Assembly: GCA_002633005.1 (NCBI GenBank)
Contig: NMRA01000010.1
Span: 67,765 to 131,764, forward strand
DNA from: Phoronis australis
Lineage: Eukaryota; Animalia; Phoronida
DNA: 64,000 nt
Direction: 5' to 3'
Shown: positions 12,801 through 24,800 of the stretch, in pieces
Numbering within the stretch: position 1 is the first letter of the stretch
Layout: each line of letters starts with the position of its first letter
Made by a program: the position numbers and the translations under genes
The notes under the pieces: model-generated
The model's database searches: none
What the model was told of the DNA's origin: nothing
What the model saw: only the letters and a program-made list of their open reading frames with translations

Positions 12801-15800
12801 ATCAACATTCTGTCAACATCATCATACTGTCAACATTGTCATGCTGTTAACATCATAATGTCAACATCGTCATACTGTCAACATCGTCATACTGTCAACC
12901 TCATCATACTGTCAACATTGTCAAGCTGTCAACATCGTCATACTGTCAACCCCGAAATTTCAGAGGTTAGGGTTAGGACTAGGATTGGCCAAACCAAATA
13001 TGCTCTAAAAGGTTTTCTTGGGTCACTGATATTTTCGATGTTCTTTATGGTACTTGACTTACAGTCCTATAACGGTAAGGGGGGTAGTGGGACTAATTTT
13101 ACGAGTGTAAAATGTCTAATTTGATGTTCGTTTTGAGTCCCTTAAACTATAAGCGAAATGCAACGTTAAATGCAAACAAAGAAATCAAGTAAAGAGTGGA
13201 AGTCATTTGAGAACTGCCAGAGATACAATTAAGGTTGTGTACCGCTTCACGTTGCACAAGATTGATGCCATTTGAGAACTCCCAGAGATACAATTAAGGT
13301 TGTATACCGCTACACGTTGCATAAGATTGATGCCATTTGATAACTCCCAGAGATACAATTAAGGTTGTGTACCGCTACACGTTGCACAAGATTGATGCCA
13401 TTTGATAACTCCCAGAGATACAATTAAGGTTGTGTACCGCTACACGTTGCACAAGATTGATGCCATTTTAATTGAATGTGTACTTTATGACGACATGATA
13501 ACAATTTAAGATAGTAAGGAAATTGTACTTTGATCTACCTTTTGAAAATGTACAGGTGAAATGTTATTAATTGTTGGCAGGAGAGACGATATACATGTTG
13601 GAACGCAATTCTTATGTTGTGCTGTAGTGTGTGTTGGGCTGAGGTCTCGTGTACAACAACGAAATAATCTGAAATTAAAAAATGCAGATCATATATAAAA
13701 ACTATGTTTCTCACGGATTATCCTTTTCCATTGACATACACTGACTTTACATATAGTTGTTACTTTTGATAAATATATGTGTTATCTACAGGTTCAGATG
13801 TATTTAAGTAAAATAGCTCCTAATAAAGATAAGTCATACTGCAATCTAAGTCACATCTTGTACGTGACACTCACTTAACCATATATCAAACCTTCGCGCA
13901 AATTTGCTAGGCCTGATATTAATTATACAGTGACACGCATAAGCTCTATCAGAATTTTTTTTTGTTAATATTTTCCTGTACTGTTCAAATTTCCGATGAT
14001 CTGATTATAGAAGCTCTTGCTTTCGTTGGGTACAAAGTTCAATACACGCAGGTTTTATTGTATTTCTTTTGACCATTTTATTTTTTTGTAGCCTTTCGAA
14101 AGGTTTCGCCGTGCTGCAAGAGTAGTCAGGCTTATGATTCACACTTGTAAAGTTTGCAAAGAGTAAGTATTCCTTCAACGTTTGCCCGTAAAGGAGTTTG
14201 AAATGTTATAACCTTGGAATGTTTTGTTTGGTTGTACTGTTTACGCAAAATGTTGCTTGCTTAAACGGCAACTACAACACCAGCAACTGGTCCATGTGCA
14301 AGACGTTGGTATTTGCATGCATACAGAATAGTCTTGGCTCCTACACTGTGTCGCATTGCGCAGGCAGGTGAATGTCGAAAAAAGCTATGCCAGTCACGAG
14401 ATCTGGACATCTCCTCGAGTTTTTGAATTTACCCTTGGGTAGCCATTATCGAGTTCACATCTGGCGCTTGTAAGATGCCAGTTGCAATATCTTGGATTGT
14501 TTCGTAATGCAAAACATTTCTGAGATAATTTCAGAGAAAAATCTTGACTAATGGAACTTTGATACATGGGCGGCGCACCATGGGGGGGTGGGGGGAGGGG
14601 GGCTGGAGGGCTTTAGCTGTGCCGCCCATGAAATAGCGAGTCTACTCCCATAGTCTGACAGTTTAGCTTCTCCGTCCAACCGCTTCTGTTGCATCAACGC
14701 TAGTTTGGTCTCGAAATTACCTGCAAACCACTCGCCTTTTTGTCACGTGTTTTTTCTTAGTCTTGCGTCATGCCGCCAGCCTCTAACCCAGACTTTCTTA
14801 TACATGTACAACAATAGCCGGGCTCGAGACTAGTCGCAAGAAGCTCGCTCGTTGTAGTCACCATATTGCGAGACGGACATTTCCTTTAGTCACAGCTTTA
14901 TTTACATGGAAGCGTGGACTTTTGGATTGTCACTCGCGTGTATGCGCACCAGTGCGCATGCCTTGGTTTGGACGTTGTTCTGATACATATAGTAGGAAAT
15001 GAGTCGGAAAAGTGCAATGAAGCGAGTTGTTTGACGCCTTTGCAATTTTGCGAGCATCAAAATATGTATTGCAAATCAAAAATATTTCTAAACAAATTAA
15101 GCAGTATACACGTGCATTTTTCAACATCAGCCAATCGGAATGACCGGATGTTAAGTCGTTCTTCTAACAAATGAGAAGCCATGTCACATGATAAATCTAT
15201 AATGCTACCTGTCGTAGCAATGACAAAGAGTGTAGCTCTGCGCAATGCCTATCTTGTCTTGCATACATGAACGTGCAGTTCACAACAGTACTTTCTGAGT
15301 AGCATGCAATCAATGTCCAATGCTATTAGTAGCTGTGGTGTTCAGTTTTTGAAACCCTTCTGGCAAATTAAATCGGTTGTTTTGTCTTTCGCGCGAAACA
15401 CCAGCGAAATCTTTCCTACTTTCAACTACGTCGTAGTCTTACTCTGGTGAGGTATTAGACTTTTAACATACTTCTATATTGCAGAAGTCTCGTGTATTCC
15501 CTCATGGACGAGAGTTGGTACCAAATGGTTGGAGATCTCGTCAATGAAGCCGAACGTAACGTAAGGCCACACGGGAAGTCTTTCGTAACGTTTGTTGCTA
15601 ATGAGAACCATGAGCTTGAACAACTTGAATTTGATGTGGGCGAATTCAAAAAGGACTACAACAAGTCAGAGGTTAGTTGAACAAAGAAGTTATCGTTTTC
15701 TATGCATGTATGTAAAAGGATTTTGTCTAGACAAAATGCGCGAGAAAACGTGATCAAAATGTGATGTTGACGGTTTGGCTATGAAGCCAGATCATAATAC

Positions 15801-18800
15801 AGTTATTAATAAAACTCAGGGGCCGCGGTTTGATCCTTGTACTCAAAAGTGAACTCGAAATGATTTTTTGCAGTTTTTGATCTTGTTTTGTGAGAATTCA
15901 AGATAATTTAAGTTTCGGTTATCCTGTGCTCGAGTACGTTATGGTTTACACCTATGAGTTTCTAGGCCAAGTTCGCACTAGGTGACGCCTAGATTCAAGC
16001 TACTACCTCGAGTAAAATTTCTAGATTTCGAGTATGAACTTAAAATTTCGAGTTCAGACTGGGGTCATCACGAATAAACTAGAATCACATAATAATTACC
16101 CACGTAAGCCATTGTGCACTTACTTATTTCTAATAGTAAATAACAGAGGTCCTACATTTTGTAGACCAGTTTACTCCACTGCTGAATAACCGGCAACTGC
16201 TTCTCAATATAAGGGGGCCCTGCAAGTGACGAATGTCCACTTATCTTGAGCAGAATAGAAAATCCTAAAAATAATTTCGAGATCAATTTCTAGTAACACT
16301 GTTAGATTTCGGGGCCAGAATGCGATGCTCTACATGTAAGGTTCATTACATTTGCAAATCTACGCCGATCACTAATTTTGTTTTTTACGCTTGAAAAGAC
16401 AGAGATGTGAAACTACGTACATGTAATAATACAGACTCTATACCCTGGTAGTTGCACATCTCTGACGATGATACAGGAGTACATGTACGCTTACACTTGA
16501 AAAGTCAATCAACGCTGCCCCCTGGTGCAAAGACCGTTGGTAATCCGCATGGCCAACTTGCCAACCGATAGTTGTTGCCGGGACCTGGCGTTAATTTTTG
16601 ACTGAAAATATACTGAAAACCAGAAAACCCAATTGGTTCAGACTTATCTACCCAATCTTTATGGTCAGGTGACCAGTACATGTAATTTTCATATTTAGGA
16701 CAAAAACTGAACGGAGGGTAATTGCTGACGTGGCAGTAGAGGGAGCTGTTTCCATACATGTTGAGTGGTACTCCCAATTTTATCTGTCAAAAATAAATCT
16801 GTTGGGCAGTTCCATTACAGGGCCATTGCCCGTACGCCGGTCTACGACATCCACAAGTGATTGATTGCCTAGTTTACCCTCTGCCTCTGCAACTAGCAAA
16901 ATGAGTAATCCGGCCATCTTGAATCTTCCCACATAGCATCTTTTGGAAGTCTTGTAGTGAAATTTTCAAGGTTCTTACTTTCCGACCTAAATGCTTTGCT
17001 AAATCAGTCAAACATTGCAACGGTGTCTCACCTCTTTCGTAAAAGTAGCACATCTGTGACCATTCGTGTTTGTATTGCTAATGTGCTCCGGCTCTGTCCG
17101 GTAGCATGTTTTCGAGCAGAATCCGAGGTGCGGCGCTGTTCTTCTTGTCCAAGCCTTTGCTCCCTAGCCATTGTCTTGTCACTGTACCGGCTCTCCATTT
17201 CTAATCTGTCAAAAACACAAAAAATAGTTTTCAGGGTCACTGCCTGAGAAAGTTGGCAGCCTAAACTGTGAACAAGGCAAATCACAGATTGTTTTATATA
17301 TGTAACTACCATGTTGTGATGAAAAGCCATAATAGTTTTCGTTATAAAGTCGTGGTTTGTTAAAGAGATGGAACTCCCTCAAATTCGGGTTGTGTAAGGT
17401 AAGGGGACGTGAGAGATTTACACCATAATCAATTTACGGTGCCTAAGAATTCAATTAACATTTAAGATCACTTAGAAAACACACCATAATTAACTCTGTC
17501 GAGCGATAAAGCAGTTTGGAAAGGTTGTACATTAGTGAAAGAAAAAATTCGAATTGTTTAAATGTCTACAACTCTTGAAGAGAGTATACAGAATTTACCT
17601 ACATTTTCAAACTAATGGCAATGATCAGAAGTAAAAACCTGCTGTAGTAAATTCAAAATGAAGTTCCGGAATCATCGATCTTGATTCAGAACGCAGTTCA
17701 TGTGAGTTAAGAGCAGCCAGCAGAATGGAAGGCATGGTAGACAGTCGCCACCAACCAAGTACAATATGTTGCGCTACCTATGTTGAGATGCCTGGTGTTC
17801 GTTGTTTTTTTATTTTTAATGTTTATTACGAAATCTTCAGAATACAATGAATATACATAACACAGAAAGGTGTTCGTTGTCAGTGCATAAGTCGTCAAAT
17901 TGCAACAGTTCATAGTCTTAAAACGGTGTGCACTATAGAGATTTATATATTTCCATGCATGTTATGCATGACCGCTGCGCTAACATTAGTTTAATTGGTG
18001 GCTCTGCAATGTCATTATGTTAGAATCTGAATGCAATGACTTTTATTCAAGACAAAATGAAACTTGATTCCGGCTTAACTTTTATTCACCCCTCACCCGA
18101 CTTGAGGTTATTTTCGATTATTATAACTTGACATTTCATAAAGATAAAAACTCCTATTTTCATAGCCCTCTTGCAAAAGGGGAACATTTCAAAACAATTC
18201 CTGACAGAATTTTGCTGAACGGTGGATAAAATATATTATCTGAAATTTTCATATGAATGTGATCAGCCATTTTTTGACATAGCATTCATTTACAATGACC
18301 TGAAGACGATATTTCACGGTGACAAAGTGGAGGTGACAATCCGAACACACAGGGCCTTTTGTTGCAGTATTAACGGAGAGTGCCACCCCAAAACAACCTA
18401 TTTTACATCAATTTAGATCGAGTACTTCCACTCGATAACAGCAAGTTCAGTTCTTTTACCTGACACCTGACGGCAGACGGAGGTGTTGAAATTAACCAAA
18501 GATGTCACAGGTTCGAACGCTGTCTGTTCAGCAGTTCATCACACCCTTGCTGGTGTCAGCCTATAGCTTGAATTCATTGTTTTACACCTATAAATCATCA
18601 AAATTCGACGTAAAACCCGTACAAACACATTGAGCTCATGAACAAACGTATTGTTTTATTATTTCGAAAAAAAACATAGCTATATATTGTAATTTTAGTC
18701 TTGCAATTTTTTCACTTCTAAACACACAAAACGCTTGTTATCCCGGCCAGTGACTCGGAAGCCAATCACGCCTGTCGCAGCCAGACTGAAGACATCACGA

Positions 18801-21800
18801 ACATAAACCAGCCAAAGTCACGAAAGACTATACTTGTGAGCCAAAGAAATAATGTGCACCTGACCATTTTGGTAAATTAGCCGCGAAACTGCATGCAAAT
18901 CTACTCACTCGTCGGGGGCCACTAAGTGCAGCCTCCCCTTCCACAGAACCGTCAGGGAAAAAGCATGCGCGCACCCGGGGGGGTCGGGGGGGGGCTCGAA
19001 CGAGGCTCCCATTTGGTGAAGTGGGCAAAAATGTCCGCCACAGAGAAACAAAAGTCCCAGAAAAAGAGACAAAGTCCACCAAAAGGACGCAGACGCACAG
19101 TTCACAGTTCTGATGGTGGTACCCCTTTTCTTATTTTAGTCCTGCCGCTGTTTTTTCAGCAAAAGGTCCAAGTCGTCAGAAATTCGAGCCCCCCACATTA
19201 AAGGCTGGGTGCGCGCATGAAAAGTTGTACAGTAACAAAGATGTGAATAATGTAAATGTATATCTAAATAAAGATTTCCTTTACTTCTGACCATAGCATA
19301 TAAAATCGAGTTATTGTTTCACAACAGGTTTCTGTCAGCAAACACTGAATCAGCATGCGCTCACTTGCCTTGGTGTCCGGTCAATTAGTTTATTGTATGT
19401 GAAGCCGGTAACGCAGTGATTTATTCATTGTTGACTCCTCAAAACATTTGGACTCACGGACACTCCAAAGGTATTACAAATAGTATCTAATGAGAAAGGC
19501 TTTGACACTATGTTTCAGTGTTATATCAGCATTGGTTAGAGTGGGAATAATTCATTTTGAAATAGAACGCACTGTCATAAACGTCAACATGGCAATTGCA
19601 ATCCCGACTTAGACGAGTACTCATTATTTTTTTTTCTGCCCTGTCATGACCTGCTTGGTATGTGAAATCACTGTAGACGAAATGCCGGTCACAGACACGG
19701 AAACTTTGTTTCGCGGCCTCATACTTGGTATTAACGGCGTACTTTTCATTCTTCACTGCCGCGAGCCACTTCCGAAGCATTTCGGGCTTTCGAGGAAATC
19801 GAAAATACGATACACCCGCTTTCCTCGCTGCTTCATAGTTCGCACAAGCGGGAAAGATACACTACGCCATATCGGCACTCGCTCTGCAGAAGAACCACTG
19901 ACGCAGCTGCGTCGTTTACTCACCTTCCTCACAGGTTAATGAGACACCTCTCGGCGAGGTAAGATCTACCGTATACGAGGTGATGTGGATATAAACCGAT
20001 TAAGACGGTAAAAACACTAAATTTGGTGGCATTCTCCTTTAACACTGAAAACACGTTGTTAACTTTGAAGTAAACAAAGTTGGTCTTGATCAATGTCTAA
20101 AAGAAGTCGTTTAAAGTCCATGACACATATCGGATGTCATCGAAGCTGTAAATCTGTTAGACAGACGTGTTTTCAGAAAACACGAAGAGTTATTTCTAAA
20201 GACTCGATCGCTTATAATACCCGAAAACGCATTTTGGACTATTGTTATGTAGGATACATTTAATGAAGTTATTAGCTTTGGTCAGAGTCAAAAAAAGCAA
20301 ATTCCGTATTTGTGATTTTATTTTAAATAAACGATTCTCGCCAAAGGCTAGAATTAATTGAAATCGAAACCATTGACCTGGAGTAAAATATTCTAATGCT
20401 CAGCTGTTTGCCGCATTGGGTTTTATTATCTGCAACAGTTGAGGTCGTGGGTTAGGATCCGTTTTGGGCTTGATCTCAATACGCTACACCGTTGTCAATC
20501 ATGTCACTTTAAGTTTCAAATTTTTGGCAGAAAGTTTTACTTGCTCATGGGCTGCTAACACAACTATAAGGTACGCATAAAAATGTATTACCGTTATCTA
20601 CCACGGTACACTCCTTCCATCCGAAATTGACCTCTGCTTTGATACCTTTTCTGCGCCATGGGTCGAAAGTTTGGTAATAGTTGCAAAATCAATAAAATGA
20701 CCCTGCTATATAGTGGTGTCTAACTTATCTGTCTTCAGCAGTCATCAGACATGAATGGCGAGATCGCTTTTTCTGTGTTTCGTGTCTGAGGTTGGTGGTT
20801 GGCTCAATATAAAGCCTAGTCGACAATTGATTATTCCCGGCACTACAAAACATTTGTGATTTAGACCACTTGTAGTTACGAAATTGGTCTCAAATTGTTC
20901 CTTAATCAAATTATTCCTTAATCAAATTGTTCCATAATCAAATTGTTCCGTTTAGCAGACTTTGAAAAGAAATTTCAAATTTCCTTCCAAACGTTTGAGA
21001 TTTGCAGACGTTACAGAGGTGAGAGTTTTGGGCCTTTTTAGAGAACTGGATGGGAAAGGCGTGTGGGTCGCCTTTTAAAGGGCTAAAACTGGGCTTAGTA
21101 TCCCTTTCACTAATGAGATTCATGTACCTATTAAAGCCACTGTAAACGATGTTCTTGTGCCTAAAGCCCTTGCGTCACAAACATGTCTTGTAAAGCAACG
21201 CCATCAAAATAGGATTTTCTTGAATATTGAAACTGAGAGCAATTAAACGCCTGGAACTCCCAATCAGTACCTTACGTGGTTGCTTTGGCAGCTCAAACTA
21301 ACCCGCCATGGCAAGCAATGTTTGAATCACTAATCAGTTTTTCACAGTTTAGAAATCATTTCTAACCCGAGTTTGCGATAATTCAGACCTGTTCTATAAT
21401 TGTAAGTGGTCTCAATAGAAAGTTGTTCTTGAAAGCGGTGCGATTTTATTTTACCTTTGAAGTCAGTTTTGAGAAAACAGTAAACATTACACAAGAGCTC
21501 GTTTCACCGACTATAGAGGTCGTCATGATGTCGGTAGTTTTTGCAACTTGTCCGTATTAGTTTTAGGTGCACATTACAGTCAAAATCATGACTCTTCCGA
21601 GCTGAGCACATAGCTAGTGGAGAGACACCTACAGGAGAGGCTGTGAACATTGAGGAATTACTGTACATCAAGAACACATTGAACCATGAACTTGGAAGCG
21701 GAGAGCGGTATCTTGACAAGCAAATAGTTCACAAGAGACTCAATCATTTCTCAGATGGCGCGTTTCCCCTGATGACAGACTCTTCTGTGACAGGTGCTCT

Positions 21801-24800
21801 TCCCGTCACTGAAGAACAATTAGATACTCACGTGACTTCACACCGATGATGTGGCAGGCATTAACAGATGCTTCGTTGTATCTTCAGTTTTCGACCTGAT
21901 TCCGGCAGGCGTCGCCTTTAACAGGCGCTCGCTAAAATATCAATATTGCCGTTGCACAGTAGGTTACAAGCGTATGCCGTTCTATTGCCACAAAAGTTAG
22001 CTGGGTTGATATCCAACGGAATCATTAACCCTTAGGGTAATAAATACTAGTTATCTGAGAAATGCGTTGTTTTATTCTTGATAACTGAAGTTAAGGAGAC
22101 AGTTTAATTATCAAGAATGATTGATATTTCAGGACCTTCTCACTGATGAAGTTAAGGAGATTCTGCAACTTCGACCTACGGCCCGCAATAAACAACAAGT
22201 GAACGATGTAAGTCATCAGCTAATATCCGATACTATATTCGTGATTATGTGCTAGACAATAATTTAAAATTCATCTTTGTAGTGCCAAGTTTTGCTTGTC
22301 TCTCTGTGTACACGAAAAGTGCACAAATATAATGAACTCCTAAGCTGCTAGGATTTCAAATGGTTGACTACTTAACTAGTCAGTGTTGATTGTAGTCTAT
22401 TCTGCCGGGGTACTCGATTTTTGACGGGGTAAATCGCTGTGAATTTAGGCCTTTCAAAGCTGCACTGATTTCACCCTGCAAGCTTCCCAAAAAACGAAAA
22501 TTAAATTAGACCTCTAACTCTTACAAAATCGGTTTCATAATATTCCTTACTTTAACAGGGTTATTTCCATTACAAACTCAAGTTGCCATGCGTACATGCG
22601 CCATTTTAGAATTTGCAATTTTAGGGTTGGCAATCCCCCATTAACTCTAAAACATTTTTTGAGTCGTCATGCTGACCATTTCGGATGGTTCCGGTACTCT
22701 TTTTGGCAACGGAAATGGCATCGTAGTCACGGCAAGGAGGAATGTGGGACCTATTTCATAAGAGTGAAAAGGCCTCGATCGATTTTCGTTTTAGCTAGCT
22801 AAACAGAGCGAAAATGCAGTTTTACAAGTTTAGCAAGACAAAAAACAAGCCCCTTTACAAAGCTAGAACAAGTGTATAAGAGACCCTTTTGTAAGTTGAT
22901 TCTTTGAGACATCTTTTGTGGAGGGTCACCAGAAACAACCCTTCTCTTGCCAGGTGTCCCAACACTTACAAAACGCGACCCGTGTAAGCCACTCATGACA
23001 GTACTACCCCGAAAATGTGAAACCTGTGCTACGTTCCATGGACCCAAGACATTAGGCTTGTATTTGGGTCGAGAAATCTCCGCTTACAGAACGGAAACAT
23101 AGGAGTTACTTCTGCCCCATAATGCAACATTCCGACCTCACGAACCAGCAAAACACTCACCTTTCAATCGCACGATCTAGCGTGATCTCGCTTTTCTCAC
23201 AAGAGTCTACGGAATGCACCGGTATTATTCACTATTTAGCGCAGAATAATGTGCAACACTAAAAAGGTTACACGATTCGCATCAAAAGAAAACAAGAAGG
23301 CGAAAAATCCTAACTGGAGTCTCCAATTACTTTACTCAAAATTCACCGTTGTAACCTGATAATGTGTAACCTCGTCATTCAACCTGTATTATAAATGGAC
23401 CGTGCCTAAATTCTTGTTTACTCCTAAAAGTTGGCACACTATAAATTCTTGAACTTACTGATAGCTCTATGAGTGTAAACGCATCAATGCAGACGACAAC
23501 AGCCAGTCTTGTCCAGTCCAGTCGCCTATATTGTTCCAGTCTTGTAAGTTGCTTAGAGGTGAAAAGTAAATTAAACCAAGTGTAAATACCACGCCAGTTT
23601 AACTCTATTAAATCTCAATTGCCTTTTTGCGTTCTATCTCGCTGATTGACAAAACCTTTTAACGTTATCTTGATATCCTCTCAAAGGCGATCGTCTAGTT
23701 TCCGTGAAGCAGTCGAATCACTCAATTACTGCTGTGAAAACACGTTTCTAGTTGTTTCACGGGTTGAAAACAGTTTTCACTTGACCACACACTTTTACAG
23801 TGCACATGCGCGTTTATCTTGAGCAGATGGATAGCGTAATACGCTACTCCAAGTGTGATACAAAATAAGTAAACACTCATGTTTCAAATGAAAACTGTCA
23901 TTTATCAGCTGATAATTATTTCGTGTTACTGATATGCCGTTCGATGTAATGCGATCGCATAAGTTTTACAGTTTGCACAGATTAAAAGAATTGTTGGCAA
24001 TTTCAAACCACCACAATCAGTTAGACATTTCTTAAATTATTAGATTTATCAAGATAATCTTTACCTGGATTCGTTTTACAAAAAATAATTATCAAATTAT
24101 ATTCGGCTAGACGTCACCATTTGGCACGACTCACCTCCCAAGTATAACAATCCTCGCTTGGTGATACTCAACGCATAATGTTGACATTTCAAGAGAAAAT
24201 GTCAACTTCTGCCGAACCCTACGCCCGGAGGTTCACATATGAACAGGTACACGTCGGCTGTGCATAAATTATGAATGGGTAGTCGCCCAGAGCAATATAC
24301 TCAGAAAAAAGCAAGTGTATGTCTATATTACAAACATTTACGTTAAACCAAAGTGGTTGATGATATAGTAATGCCTGTAATTTATTTTCGCTAAGTGAAT
24401 AATTTTATTGGCATTATAAATAATACCTGTGGATTTGACATTAATTTGTCGACGTAGTCGACTAATAAACGGTAATTTAGCGCTCAGTGTGGCTACACAT
24501 AGCTTTAAATTTTCAAACTGAAATTAGTGCAATGTCTAAGAATCGAATATTCTCTGAGTAAAATATTTGAGCGACACGCGACGTCATCAGTAGTTGTGCT
24601 GCTTTTTGGAGTGCACTGTAAACGACGGATCGCTATGTGGTCAAGATCCACTTATCTCTGAAAATGTCTCATGAAGCAAGATTATCATATCGTGTCATGC
24701 AAAAAGCACTCCATCTTCGAAAAAATGTGCAACTTGGCATATAGAGTTTTAAGTGATTCCAGCAGTTTCCTATGCCCGTAAATAAGCTATGACTTGGATT

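Noticed and set aside
12965-12985. Interstitial telomere (GGTTAGGGTTAGG)
   Set aside because: Only about two units; too short to mean more than a common repeat-associated motif.
13204-13468. 65-bp periodic array as CRISPR
   Set aside because: The whole unit is repeated with no variable spacer.
13792-13799. 8-nt microexon (GTTCAGAT) to fix the phase between 9646 and 14092
   Set aside because: Not needed: exon 10094-10203 bridges the phase with a stronger donor and a plausible peptide.
21643-21849. Additional exon of the CNBD2-like gene
   Set aside because: No convincing splice sites; exons 4 and 5 already join in frame with family-like sequence.
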